DNA of 64,000 nt from Chloroflexota bacterium (GCA_965208315.1 OZ242329.1:1920082-1984081), one strand, 5' to 3'. Positions 19,650 through 30,021 are shown, counted from the stretch's first letter. Translations and numbers: made by a program. Notes: generated from the sequence alone by a model not told the origin.

Positions 19650-21200
19650 CTAGAACACGCGGCGCGCATCTTCAATCCAGATAGGACTCGACCACGCCAT
19701 CTCGCCGTCTTCCTGCGTAACGCGCACGTAGTACCAGTTTGTGCGGTCTTGAGGCATCTCAATCTCATTCAGCGAAAAGACGCACTCCCAGCCGGGGTGC
19801 TCAACCACGTGCCAGTCCTCGTTATTCTTGACTATTGTCACCGTAGCAATCGGGGCCGTGCCGTGAACGCGCACGCGCATCTGCTTGGGAGGAGTTTGCA
19901 CGCTTATGGTCTCACCCATAGGCTGGTTGTCGATGTCGAAGTCGAGGAAAATGCGCACGCCGGTGGTGCCGATGGTGCGGCGGTTCCAGAGTGCGCTGAA
20001 CATGGCGTCGCGCTCGCGGCGGCGCGACCAGATGCCCGTCATGCCGGCGTGGTGGTTGAATGTCGTCTGCTTGATGGGAAGATGCGCGATTTGCACACTG
20101 CTTGCCGCCCGCCCGTCATGACTCTCGCTGCCGCCCACAAATCCAAAGCGAATTCCCTGTCGCAACCCGTCCTGCAGGAAGTGGCCGGTGGCCTCATAGG
20201 GTGGGTATTCCGCATGGGGCCTTTCCCACTGGGTGCGTTCATTGCGAGCCTTGAGCGCATAGGGCTCGCCCTCGTGCTCGCTGCTTCCCCAATGACTGTA
20301 TACCTCCATGAGACGTTCGAACTCCGGGTCCATGGATTCCCAGTTGTGCCAAATGCGGTTCCCCAGGCGCGCCGGGTGGTGTGGGATGGAAAGGATATCT
20401 TTGCCCGTGCGAGAGATGCTGCGAAAGATGTTGAAGAGGTCCTGCGGCGTGTTCGAACCCTTCCAGTTGCTGGAGACAAGCGGCATGTCGCCGCGGCGAA
20501 AGATGATGTTGCGGTGGCCGCAGTCGGCGTCCGGACCCTGGTTCCACGCCCACTCGTAGCCCAACAAGGTAACAAACCGTTCCGGCTGGTTGTAGTATTC
20601 CGCACCCTCCTGTATCTCACGCCACTCTTCCGTGCTCAGCGCGTAGTCGTGGTCGGTGAGCGCAGTAAAGTCCAAGTGCACCACGTCGCGGGCAAAGCGG
20701 TACACCTCGTGGACGGTAGCCGGCCCATAGCTCCACAAAAGCGGATCGGTGCGCTTGCGGCTGGGATTCTCCAAGCGGTGACAGTGCAGATCGCCCCAAT
20801 ACAGCTTGTGATCGCCTTTGTACATAAAGCCCGGGGCCCAGGCTGGATTGCTTATCGCCTCGATGCCAGTCTCGCGGTCGCGCGCCCGCACGCGAAAGAT
20901 GCGGTCTTTCTCTGTTACACGACCCCGTACGGCGTGGTGGCTGTCATACTCCGGCAGCATGGGAACGGCTGCCGGCACCTCACCGTCGGCTCCTTCTAAG
21001 GACAACTCCAATAGAGCGCCCTGCCTAGGCAGATGAAAGCCCCACTTGTCTCGCAATTCAAGGCCGATACCGAACTGGCCATCGGCGACATACGGCGGCA
21101 CAATGCTGGGCACGGAAACGCGGATTTCCGCCAGTTCCGGCGTTCCCTGGTAGTCCAGCGGCAGCCGAATGAGGTTGGTGTCGAACTCCGCAGCGCTCAC
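19650..21200 (-). CDS. DUF3604-family protein (paralog B; PHP-like metal-binding motifs intact)
   Basis: Motifs LYWGDLHCH, FTALTDHDYAL, GFVGGSESHDGRA and the C-terminal YYVRVTQEDGEMAWSSPIWIE are all present. Confidence 0.7.
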   Translation of the reverse strand: MSAAEFDTNLIRLPLDYQGTPELAEIRVSVPSIVPPYVADGQFGIGLELRDKWGFHLPRQGALLELSLEGADGEVPAAVPMLPEYDSHHAVRGRVTEKDRIFRVRARDRETGIEAISNPAWAPGFMYKGDHKLYWGDLHCHRLENPSRKRTDPLLWSYGPATVHEVYRFARDVVHLDFTALTDHDYALSTEEWREIQEGAEYYNQPERFVTLLGYEWAWNQGPDADCGHRNIIFRRGDMPLVSSNWKGSNTPQDLFNIFRSISRTGKDILSIPHHPARLGNRIWHNWESMDPEFERLMEVYSHWGSSEHEGEPYALKARNERTQWERPHAEYPPYEATGHFLQDGLRQGIRFGFVGGSESHDGRAASSVQIAHLPIKQTTFNHHAGMTGIWSRRRERDAMFSALWNRRTIGTTGVRIFLDFDIDNQPMGETISVQTPPKQMRVRVHGTAPIATVTIVKNNEDWHVVEHPGWECVFSLNEIEMPQDRTNWYYVRVTQEDGEMAWSSPIWIEDARRVF

Positions 21201-21286
21201 CGCTCCGCTCCTCAGTTGGCCTACAGACCGTTATTGGGATCGAGTCTGGGATAGATTCTCTTATTCAAGCTGCAATCAAGAATAAC

Positions 21287-21329
21287 AGAGCACCCAGCAC
21301 TCCCACCGTAAGGCGAGAGTCTGGGTGCT
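21287..21329 (-). terminator. Candidate intrinsic terminator downstream of the SBP gene
   Basis: 10-bp stem gagcacccag...ctgggtgctc. On the minus strand it is followed by UGUUAUUCUUGAUUG, which is U-rich but not a clean T-tract. Confidence 0.35.
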
Positions 21330-21399
21330 CCAATAATTCCGTCAGAGCGGGCGCGCCAGCGCTCCAAAACCAGCGCACGAACCCACTTAGCAAAGTACT

Positions 21400-22773
21400 C
21401 TATTCACGCGCCAGCCACTCATCGAGCACCACCTGCGCTTGCGCCTCAGTATTGCGCAGTCCTTCCTCGATGGTGGTCTTGCCGGTGAGCATATCGGGCA
21501 CGCCGCCGCTCATGATGCCGAGCATCTCGTTGGCGCCGGGGGCCGAGACCACAAAGCGACGCCCTTCCATGACGTCAACCTGGTGGATGACGAACGGATC
21601 GCCGCCGTGGTAGGCCTCACTGTACGACGTGTCGACGCGGATCGGCAGACGGTCGAAGTGCTTGGCCCAGCGAATGTTGACGTCCTCAACGCCAAAATGC
21701 TCCATGAACGTCCAGCCAACGTCCTTGTGGGTAGCGCCAACCGGCAAGACCCACGTGTGGCAACCGCCGTAGGTGCGGTTGACGCCGTCGGCAGGCTTGG
21801 GCCAGTGACCCCAGTGGTACGCCAGGTCCGGCGCTTCCTTGGCAATGCTCTCAAAGCGAATGGAGCCTGTGTCGTAGAGGTTGGCCAGACGGCTGGCGTA
21901 GAAGTGGGCGCGGGCGTTCTCATCGCCTTTGAATTGCTGCAACGCGTCGTAGCCGCCCTGCATGTCGTGCACTTTCTTTAGCCACGCCATTCCCTCGCGG
22001 CCTTCCTCAGTATTGAGCGTAATCTTGGTGCGTTCATCGTTGATGTTCTCGCCGCCAAGCTGCCACATGGGCACCATCCACACGTGGCGGTTGGCCCACA
22101 ACGGCCCCCACGCTACCTGCTCGATGGTATTGCCGCCCTTGAATGACTTTGATATCACATCTTCCAGGTCCGTCCACGTTACCGGCGGGTTTTCCGGATC
22201 AAGCCCCGCGTCCAGATAGAGATTGTCGTGGATATAGAAGAAGCGCACGTCGGGACCAAAGGGCATGCTCCACACCTGGCCCTTGTGGTCCATGTCGATG
22301 CGCAAAGACGGCCAGATGTCGTCCTTGTTGATGACCGGCGACTGAGCATAGTACTGCTCCAGGCTGTCGACGATACCGCCGGCCGCCACTTGCTGGTTCT
22401 GCCAGACACCCACTTGGCCAATGTCCGGTGAGGTGCCGGCCGCTTGCGCCGCAATCAGGATGGTGAAGCGGTTGCCCTCCGGAATGAGGTCCTTGACGGT
22501 AAGGCCCTCCACCAGAGCCTCGATCTCTTGCTTGACCTCTAGGCCCAAGCCCTGTGAGAGGTCCCAGCGTCTGGTAGTCCACACTTCAAGCTCAACAGCC
22601 TCTGCCGGCGCCGGCTTGGCTTCCTCTTCTTTCGGCGCTTCCTCTTCCTTTGGCGCGTCAGCGGACTCCATTGGCACCGCCTGGCCACAGGCTACGAAGA
22701 GGGCGCCCGCAGCGGTAGCGCCAACGCCTCCCAGGAACGTCCTTCGCAAGATGCGGTCTTTCATCACGCTCAC
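21400..22773 (-). CDS. ABC-transporter substrate-binding protein, family 1 (sugar type), Tat/lipoprotein-type signal; no cognate permease nearby
   Basis: RRTFLGGVGATAAGALFVACG is a twin-arginine signal plus lipobox-like Cys. An Ala/Pro/Glu-rich linker precedes a family-1 SBP body. Confidence 0.85.
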   Translation of the reverse strand: MSVMKDRILRRTFLGGVGATAAGALFVACGQAVPMESADAPKEEEAPKEEEAKPAPAEAVELEVWTTRRWDLSQGLGLEVKQEIEALVEGLTVKDLIPEGNRFTILIAAQAAGTSPDIGQVGVWQNQQVAAGGIVDSLEQYYAQSPVINKDDIWPSLRIDMDHKGQVWSMPFGPDVRFFYIHDNLYLDAGLDPENPPVTWTDLEDVISKSFKGGNTIEQVAWGPLWANRHVWMVPMWQLGGENINDERTKITLNTEEGREGMAWLKKVHDMQGGYDALQQFKGDENARAHFYASRLANLYDTGSIRFESIAKEAPDLAYHWGHWPKPADGVNRTYGGCHTWVLPVGATHKDVGWTFMEHFGVEDVNIRWAKHFDRLPIRVDTSYSEAYHGGDPFVIHQVDVMEGRRFVVSAPGANEMLGIMSGGVPDMLTGKTTIEEGLRNTEAQAQVVLDEWLARE

Positions 22774-22915
22774 CTTTCGGTTTGTTTAAAGGGGAACAAA
22801 CTCTCGCGCAAACTAATAAGACTCTTCTTCTTTCTTTGCAACCACATCTATGTTCGCTGCAATATACTAAAGCAGACAGCCAGTCCCCAAGAAGCCGCTC
22901 GAGACAGAGGAAGCC

Positions 22916-23713
22916 ATGTCGGAATGGCGCTATGCAAAGCTCACGTGGCCGGAGGTGCGGCAGGCGGCTAAGGAGAACAAGGCCATCCTGCTGCCGGTGG
23001 CAGCCATTGAGCAGCACGGCCCGCACCTGCCGATTGACACAGACAATGTGGCGGCCCTAGCAGTGTGCGAGCGCGCCGCGCAAGCCGCGCCGGAAAGAAT
23101 CCTCTGCGCCCCGCCCATCCATTACGGCTTTAACGAGCACAATATGGACTTTCCCGGCACTATCTCAGTGCAGGCGCAGCACTTCATTGACTACTGCTAC
23201 GACGTGGCCGTGAGCTTTGCGCACCACGGGTTCCCGATCGTCCTGTTCGTAAACGGTCACGCCTCCAACGACCCGCTGCTGCAGGTGTCCGCGCGCCTCG
23301 CTACCCTGCACTCGGATGCTGCGTGCGCCCTCGTTTCGTATTGGGACTTGGCGAAGGAGGAAGTTGAAGAATGGCGGGAATCTGAGTATCCCGGCGGCAT
23401 GGACCACGCCGGGGAATTCGAGACTTCCATTTACCTGGCGCTCGATCCAACCCGGGTGCAGATGAACAAGGCGCAGGCCGACTACCGCGTGCGCACCAAG
23501 TGGCACTACCGCGATTTGATGGGTGGCTCGCCGGTGAAATACGTCGACCACCTCAGCAAGATGTCGCCAGACGGCACGGGCGGCGATCCCACGCTTGGCG
23601 CGGCTTGGAAAGGCGTACGCGTTTTGGAGGTGGTGAGCAAAGCGATCGTTGAGGTCGTGGATGACCTGCGCAACCTGCCGTATGGCCCTCGAATAGACCA
23701 CCATGACAAATAG
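22916..23713 (+). CDS. Creatininase-family amidohydrolase
   Basis: ILLPVAAIEQHGPHLPIDTD is the family's hallmark metal-binding N-terminus. Confidence 0.85.
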   Translation: MSEWRYAKLTWPEVRQAAKENKAILLPVAAIEQHGPHLPIDTDNVAALAVCERAAQAAPERILCAPPIHYGFNEHNMDFPGTISVQAQHFIDYCYDVAVSFAHHGFPIVLFVNGHASNDPLLQVSARLATLHSDAACALVSYWDLAKEEVEEWRESEYPGGMDHAGEFETSIYLALDPTRVQMNKAQADYRVRTKWHYRDLMGGSPVKYVDHLSKMSPDGTGGDPTLGAAWKGVRVLEVVSKAIVEVVDDLRNLPYGPRIDHHDK

Positions 23714-23739
23714 CAGCCAAGATGAAGCAGGGCGTCTTC

Positions 23740-24119
23740 CTGTCATTCCGAACGGAGCGCAGCGGAGTGAGGAATCTAGGCTGTGTGGGCATTTTGCCGT
23801 CATTCCCGCGCAAGCTCGCCCCCGCACGGGGGCGCGGAATCCATCTTCATGCGGCCCAGACTGCGTTGCTACACCAGGTAGTAAGAAACCAAATTAGCAA
23901 GTATTATCATTGTCAATCGATCATACTGTCACCTTGCGGAGCAAAGCGCGAGAGAATCCCGAACAAACGCTTGAGATTCCGCGAACACTGTTCGACGCTT
24001 GCGCTCGGAATGACATTGAATGTCCACAGAACCTAGTGTCTAAGGCCAATATAGTGCGAGAGACTATGTTCCTAGATTCCTCGCTCCGCTCGGAATGACA
24101 GTCGGCCAACGAATTACCT
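23740..24119. repeat. Composite repeat cluster (families A and D; MITE-like)
   Basis: tgtcattccgaacggagcgcagcggagtgaggaatc begins at 23741. An expanded family-D hairpin gtcattcccgcgcaagctcgcccccgcacgggggcgcggaatc spans 23799-23841. The mirrored module cctagattcctcgctccgctcggaatgaca and a family-A right-TIR-like gtcggccaacgaattacct end at 24119. The 470-bp gap has no credible ORF. Confidence 0.7.
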
Positions 24120-24182
24120 AGTACTCTCAGGATCGACAGACCGGCAGCCATCACCGTGAGGCTTCTCTGCCTAAGTAGGCCC

Positions 24183-25463
24183 TTAGACTGGCGCAGGAAA
24201 CGCGCCGCACAGATCGAGGACATCCCGTTGCACACGTTGCAATATTGTCTTGTCCTTGCGATTGTGCACCACCTCGGCAATACCAGCTCCAATGCGTTGC
24301 ATGTCAGGCACGCCCATGCCGCGGGACGTGACGGCAGGCGAGCCAATGCGGACGCCGCTGGTGACAAAGGCGGAGCGGGTCTCGCGTGGCACCGTATTCT
24401 TGTTCACGGTAATGTTGGCTTTGGCCAAAGCCGCCTCCACCACCTTGCCGGAGGGGCCGTCCTGACCAAAGTCCACCACCATGAGGTGGTTTTCGGTGCC
24501 GCCTGAGACAACGCGCAGGCCGTTCTCCATGAGCGTAGTCGCCAGCGCGTCAGCATTTGCAATGACGGACTGGCTGTACGTCTTGAATTCCGGCGCCATC
24601 GCCTCCGCGAGAGCCACGGCTTTGCCGGCCATGATGTGCATGAACGGTCCGCCCTGGAGACCGGGGAAGATGGCGCTGTCCACCTTCTTAGCGAATTCCT
24701 CTTGGCAGAGGATGAGCCCGCCACGCGGGCCGCGCAGCGTCTTGTGGGTAGAAGACGTCACGAAATGGGCGTGGGGCACGGGACTCGGATGAAGGCCGGT
24801 CGCTACCAGACCCGCAATATGGGCCATATCCACCAGCAAGAGCGCGCCCACAGCATCGGCAATTTGCCGCAAGCGCGCGAAATCTATGATCCGCGAATAC
24901 GCCGTAGCGCCGCCGACGATCAAGCGCGGCCGGTACTCATGCGCAATACGCTCCACGTCGTCGTAATCGATGAGTTCCGTTTCCAGGTTCACCCCATAGG
25001 GCACGAAGTTGTAGACGAGACCGGAAAAGTTCCGAGGATGTCCGTGGGTGAGATGTCCACCCTGTGCCAGCGACATGCCCATGACCGTGTCGCCGGGCTC
25101 AAGCATGGCAAGATAGACGGCGGCATTGGGGTTTGAGCCGGAGTACGGCTGCACGTTGGCGTGTTCAGCGCCGAAAAGTGCCTTGGCCCGATCGATCGCC
25201 AGTTGCTCGATTTCGTCCACAAACTCGCAGCCGCCGTAGTAGCGCCGTCCGGGGTAGCCCTCGGCATACTTGTTCGTGAGAATAGAGCCGCACGCCTCGC
25301 GCACTGCGGCGCTGGTGTAGTTCTCGGAGGCGATGAGCTCTAGGTGATCTTCCTGGCGCTGCCGCTCCTTCACAATCCATTGGTAGATTGCCGGGTCCCG
25401 CTGCGCAAGACTTTCAAGTCCGGTCAGATTCCCTTGTAAGGCATTGGCAACGATCTCGGCCAC
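24183..25463 (-). CDS. glyA: Serine hydroxymethyltransferase
   Basis: [46 protein letters not shown] is near-identical in pattern to bacterial SHMT. The PLP-Lys region [14 protein letters not shown] is present. Confidence 0.9.
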   Translation of the reverse strand: MAEIVANALQGNLTGLESLAQRDPAIYQWIVKERQRQEDHLELIASENYTSAAVREACGSILTNKYAEGYPGRRYYGGCEFVDEIEQLAIDRAKALFGAEHANVQPYSGSNPNAAVYLAMLEPGDTVMGMSLAQGGHLTHGHPRNFSGLVYNFVPYGVNLETELIDYDDVERIAHEYRPRLIVGGATAYSRIIDFARLRQIADAVGALLLVDMAHIAGLVATGLHPSPVPHAHFVTSSTHKTLRGPRGGLILCQEEFAKKVDSAIFPGLQGGPFMHIMAGKAVALAEAMAPEFKTYSQSVIANADALATTLMENGLRVVSGGTENHLMVVDFGQDGPSGKVVEAALAKANITVNKNTVPRETRSAFVTSGVRIGSPAVTSRGMGVPDMQRIGAGIAEVVHNRKDKTILQRVQRDVLDLCGAFPAPV

Positions 25464-25781
25464 CTCATCGTGTCCTTTCTTGAAGCATCTGGCCCTGCCT
25501 GGTAGAAGCCACGCGCAGCAAAATTGCGCGTAAACAAGCCTACATTCTCGTACGCTTCATCTTAACTCAATCGTAGCACAGGGCCAGGCTCTACGGACTA
25601 CCTCTTTTACCGCGCGGCTACCGGCAATGTTTGCTTATGTGGGATAGAAAACAGGATTGAATATCCCCGCTAAAGGCACGGCTGAGAATTTCCGCAGAGG
25701 CCATGCGACCTGCCAACACTTGGGGTATAGTGAAATGAAGGGCGCGTGTGCGGCCGGATGTGGTGACGCAGGCGGTGCTGA

Positions 25782-27092
25782 ATGCTAGACGCTGATCGTC
25801 AGGCAGAGCAAGGGACAGTTCAGGTCCAATTGGAGCGGCCGCTCATCTTCGTGCTGACCGCCGGTATCTTGCTGCTTGCCCTTATCTCCGGCATCAACGT
25901 GCTCTATTCCTTCCTGTACGCCATGCTCGGCCTCATTGCCCTGAGCTACTTTTGGACCACCAGGAATATCCGCAATCTCAGTGTGGAGCGGCACCTGGTT
26001 TCCAAGTGGGCCACGCTGGGCGATGAGATTGTCGAGACCTTTCGCGTGACCAACGCCGGCGCATTGCCGGCGCTGTGGGTGGAGGTGAACGATCACTCCG
26101 ACGTGCCTGGCTACGAGGCCGGTATCGTGACCGGGCTGGGACCGCGCGAGCACCGTGAGTGGAAGACGCGCGCTTTGTGCAACCGGCGGGGTCTCTACCG
26201 GCTGGGACCTTTGCGCGTGTATACGGGAGACCCGTTCGGCATCTTTCGCGCCACTAAGGTGTTGCCCGATGAAGCGACGTTCCTCGTGTACCCGCCCATT
26301 ACCGAGGTGCCGGGCTTAGCGCTGCCGACCGGCCGCCAGACCGGGGAATCGCGCTCGCTGCGTCGGGCGTTGCATCTCACGACGGACGCCGCCAGCGTCC
26401 GCGAGTTTGTGCCCGGCGATGCATTGCACATCATTCACTGGCCCACCACGGCGCGGCGCGGCCGCTTGCAGACGAAGGAATTCGACATGGAGCCGGGTGG
26501 CAGCACCTGGATCATGCTCGACCTCGATCGGGCGGTGCAAGCCGGTGAAGAAGACGAATCTACGGAAGAATACAGCGTCAAGCTCGCCGCGGCCTTAGTC
26601 TACCGTCTGATCCGCGAGCAGAAGTCCATCGGGCTCATTACGTACGGCGAAGAGAGCAGTATTTTGCGCGCGAACAAAGGCAGCCAGCATATGTGGCGCA
26701 TCATGGAAATCCTGGCGGTTGTGCGCGCCCAAGGCACGATGCAGGTTGGCGACGTGTTAGCCGAAGTCGCGCCGCAAATTCGCGGCAGCATGAGCCTTAT
26801 CGTCATCACGCCGAGCACCGACCCGAACTTGGCGCCCACCTTAGTCAATGTCTCACGAAGAGGCATTCGGCCTACGGTACTCCACCTTGTTCCGCAGACG
26901 TTCGGAAGCTCCAAGCCGAGCGTTGCCCTGCAGAACGCGCTTGGGGCCGCGGGGATTTCATGCATCGAAATCGAACAAGGCCAGGAATTTCGCACGCTTG
27001 CCTTGGAGAAGGGTGACGAGGACGTGCGGCGGCGCGCGCAGACGGTGGAGACTACGGCGACAGGCCGCGTGCATAGCTTGAGTGCAGGTTAG
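25782..27092 (+). CDS. DUF58-domain protein (vWA-like; normally MoxR/TgpA-associated)
   Basis: REFVPGDALHIIHWPTTARRGRLQTKEF matches the DUF58 signature (R-E-Y-x-P-G-D...W-K-A-T-A-R). Two N-terminal TM helices are present. The start could lie at a downstream Met. Confidence 0.8.
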   Translation: MLDADRQAEQGTVQVQLERPLIFVLTAGILLLALISGINVLYSFLYAMLGLIALSYFWTTRNIRNLSVERHLVSKWATLGDEIVETFRVTNAGALPALWVEVNDHSDVPGYEAGIVTGLGPREHREWKTRALCNRRGLYRLGPLRVYTGDPFGIFRATKVLPDEATFLVYPPITEVPGLALPTGRQTGESRSLRRALHLTTDAASVREFVPGDALHIIHWPTTARRGRLQTKEFDMEPGGSTWIMLDLDRAVQAGEEDESTEEYSVKLAAALVYRLIREQKSIGLITYGEESSILRANKGSQHMWRIMEILAVVRAQGTMQVGDVLAEVAPQIRGSMSLIVITPSTDPNLAPTLVNVSRRGIRPTVLHLVPQTFGSSKPSVALQNALGAAGISCIEIEQGQEFRTLALEKGDEDVRRRAQTVETTATGRVHSLSAG

Positions 27093-29556
27093 CAAGGTGG
27101 CAAACCTCCCCTACACCGACACGTCCTCTGAGGATAAGCCAAGCCTGCTCGAAACCGTGTTCAGGCACTGGCTCACCCTGCTACTCTTGGCAGCGATGGT
27201 CTTGGTCAGCTCCTGGGCGATCCATCAATCAGGCTGGGCAGTTGGCACCGAAGCCATCTTTTCGACTGCCGCAATCGGCCTGCTCTTTGGCTTTCTCGCC
27301 GCCCAAACGCGGTGGAGCACACGGAAAGGCTGGATCCTGGGGGCAATTGTCAGCATAGTCTACTGCTTCTTGCTTGTCAGCGAGGCTCTCCCGCCCCTCG
27401 ACCGCATCTTCCAAGACGCCCTGGCACTGATTCTGAACACCCTCACGTGGATCCTTGGCGCTCTTGGCGGTCTTCTTAGCGGACGTGGCATGCCACAGCC
27501 CATTCCGCCGGTTGATGCGGCATCCACCTTTTTCACAAATGCCAGTGACTTTGGCGTGCGCGTACTCGATTGGACGCGAGCCGGCCTCAGCGGCACGTAC
27601 TCGGAGGACAACGGCGTATTCGTCTTTTGGATCACCCTTGTCGGGTGGGCCATTGGGTTCGTAGCGACGTGGGGCTTCTTCCGACACAACGATGTCTTGA
27701 TAGTAGCGCTCGTACCCGGCGTTGCCATGGTGATCAACCTGGCGTACTCAGGCCAGGGTCGCTGGCCGTTCGTGTTATTCCTTGCTGCGACGCTGCTGCT
27801 TATGGTGCGCTTGAATCTGCACGCGCTGCACAAACGCTGGGAGTCCCGCAAGCTCGACTACGCGACCGAAGTCGGCCTGGATGTCTTAATCGCAAGCGTC
27901 ATCTTGACTACCGCGATTACCTTCGTCGCTACCATGGCGCCGCGAGTCGGCAGTAATCCGATCTCAGAGACGTTCTGGACGGTTTTCGGCGGTGAATGGT
28001 CTGAGATCGACAATACTGCCAAGCGGCTGTTTTCGGGCGTACAGAATCCGAGCGGCGTCGGTCTTATCCTCGGCTCCGACAACCGCCTCTTCAGCGGACC
28101 CCGGCGCTTCAGCCAACCGTACCGCATGTACGTCACGACGGACGAGAGCAATTTCAACGGCTACTGGCGCGGCGCCACCTTCGATGCCTATACCGGCTAC
28201 ACCTGGTACAACACCAGCGGGACGCTACTCGACCGGAGAGCCAATGAGGAGCCGATCCCCCCGCCTCCGGTGAGCTACCGGCGGCCGGCGACGTTCTCGT
28301 TCCGCATTGTGGATAGTCCCAGCGACATCGTCTTTGCGCCGGACTTCCCTACGAGCATCAACATTCCGTACCGCGTGCAGGTAGCTTCTTCGGACACGCC
28401 GCTTGACTACGATCTCTTGCGCGCGCGGCGCGTTGCGGTGCCCGACCTTGAATACACCTTAGAGAGCCTCGTCACCACCGCTACAGAAGATCAGCTGCTC
28501 AATGCCCAAGGCGAGGTTCCCGATGAGATTCGCCGGTACATGCAAGCGCCCAAGCTGCCGCAACGCGTGGTGGAACTGACAAAAACCGTTGTGCGCGGGA
28601 AGGAATCGCAGTATGAGAAGGCCTTGGCAATCGAGCTCTTCCTGCGGCGCATCCCTTATTCGATTGCCATCCCCCCGCCGCCCGCGGACAAGGACGCGGT
28701 TGACTACTTTCTCTTCGAAGCCAAACGCGGCTACGCGGACTACTATGCCAGCACCATGGTCGTCATGCTGCGCACAGTGGGGGTGCCTGCCCGCCTCGCT
28801 GTGGGGTTCGCGACCGGAAGGTATGACGTAGCACAGCGCAGATTTGTGGTTACTGAAAAGCAGGCGCACACGTGGCCGGAAGTGTACTTTGCGGGCTTAG
28901 GCTGGATACCCTTCGAACCGAGCCCCAACCAGACGCCCATAGACCGCGGCATTCTCGCCGCTGAGATTAGCGGCTCGTCGAACCCCGAGCTCGACGAGTT
29001 CTACGACGAGCTTGGCGAAGAGGACTTCTTGGTAACAGGGGCGGTCGCCGCAGTGGGCGGGGCTGTGCCGGGAACCAGCATCCTCGGCGTAGAAGTGCCA
29101 AACTTGCCGGATCTGCGCCCGCTGCTCGCGGTAGTGGTCCTTATCGTAGTGGGCTGGTTCACGTATGGCTTCGTGCAAGAGCGGCGCATGAATCCTCACC
29201 AGATGGTACGGCACATCTATCGCAAGCTGGTGCGCGCCGGCAGGCTGGCAGGCATTCCCGCCTCGACCGCCTATACGCCGCATGAATACGGTTACATCTT
29301 GCTCACCGACGTGCGCCCGGCTTCCGACAAGCGCTTTCCTGATAGCGCGGTTCAGGCGATCTGTACCACCTACGCCGAATCGCTCTATAGCGCGCAAGGC
29401 ATCACTGCACAGCAGAAGAACGCTGCGGTCAAAGCCTGGGGACGCCTGCGTTGGCGGCTCTACCGGCGGGGGCTGCATCTGGGCATACGGCGGCTCATTC
29501 CCTTCTTGCGCAGAGGTTCCGGCGTTCGTGCGCCAGCGAGCAGTCCGAGCGAATAG
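27082..29556 (+). CDS. Transglutaminase-like multi-pass membrane protein (TgpA-like); predicted nucleophile Cys replaced by Ala
   Basis: About 8 N-terminal TM helices followed by the core GYADYYASTMVVMLRTVGVPARLAVGF...HTWPEVYFAGLGWIPFEPS. This aligns to GxCExFAsAmVvMLRslGIPAR...HAWvEVY..GxGWvpFDPT with Ala at the Cys position. The start overlaps the DUF58 stop. Confidence 0.65.
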   Translation: MQVSKVANLPYTDTSSEDKPSLLETVFRHWLTLLLLAAMVLVSSWAIHQSGWAVGTEAIFSTAAIGLLFGFLAAQTRWSTRKGWILGAIVSIVYCFLLVSEALPPLDRIFQDALALILNTLTWILGALGGLLSGRGMPQPIPPVDAASTFFTNASDFGVRVLDWTRAGLSGTYSEDNGVFVFWITLVGWAIGFVATWGFFRHNDVLIVALVPGVAMVINLAYSGQGRWPFVLFLAATLLLMVRLNLHALHKRWESRKLDYATEVGLDVLIASVILTTAITFVATMAPRVGSNPISETFWTVFGGEWSEIDNTAKRLFSGVQNPSGVGLILGSDNRLFSGPRRFSQPYRMYVTTDESNFNGYWRGATFDAYTGYTWYNTSGTLLDRRANEEPIPPPPVSYRRPATFSFRIVDSPSDIVFAPDFPTSINIPYRVQVASSDTPLDYDLLRARRVAVPDLEYTLESLVTTATEDQLLNAQGEVPDEIRRYMQAPKLPQRVVELTKTVVRGKESQYEKALAIELFLRRIPYSIAIPPPPADKDAVDYFLFEAKRGYADYYASTMVVMLRTVGVPARLAVGFATGRYDVAQRRFVVTEKQAHTWPEVYFAGLGWIPFEPSPNQTPIDRGILAAEISGSSNPELDEFYDELGEEDFLVTGAVAAVGGAVPGTSILGVEVPNLPDLRPLLAVVVLIVVGWFTYGFVQERRMNPHQMVRHIYRKLVRAGRLAGIPASTAYTPHEYGYILLTDVRPASDKRFPDSAVQAICTTYAESLYSAQGITAQQKNAAVKAWGRLRWRLYRRGLHLGIRRLIPFLRRGSGVRAPASSPSE

Positions 29557-29697
29557 GTTAAGGAGACTGCCTACGGACACCCTGACCTCGGTAGCGACAA
29601 TAGAGAAACGCCTGCGGCTGCCGCCGCAGACTCGCATATACTTAAATGCAGCATCAGTTCTTACAGTTTCTGGACAATGACGTATTGAGAAAGGATC

Positions 29698-30003
29698 GTG
29701 GCATTGGGCCTCAGTGAGATACGCGACATAGCGGTCATCGTACTTGCCTTCATCTCCGCCCTCATGGCGTTTTCAGTGCTCTTCTTGGTACTGGCGGTGG
29801 TACGACTTGCCGGCACACTTCAGGAAGAGATCAGGCCGCTCCTCAGGTCACTTACCGAGACAAGCAATACGGTAAAGGGAACGACCCAGTTTGTGAGCGA
29901 GGCCGTCGTGCGTCCGACTGCCAAGGCCGCAGGCAGGACTATCGGCATACTGCGGTTTGCGCGGACGTTGGCCGCTGCTGTCAAACGCATTCAGAGAACT
30001 TAG
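29698..30003 (+). CDS. Small membrane protein, DUF948-like
   Basis: One N-terminal TM helix followed by a coiled-coil-like tail of about 100 aa. Confidence 0.4.
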   Translation: MALGLSEIRDIAVIVLAFISALMAFSVLFLVLAVVRLAGTLQEEIRPLLRSLTETSNTVKGTTQFVSEAVVRPTAKAAGRTIGILRFARTLAAAVKRIQRT

Positions 30004-30021
30004 GACAAGGAGTACAGGCAA

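Noticed and set aside
25464-25781. Possible riboswitch (ZTP or glycine type) in the divergent leader between glyA and the DUF58 gene.
   Set aside because: No recognisable conserved riboswitch core could be found by eye on either strand. Would need an Infernal scan to exclude.
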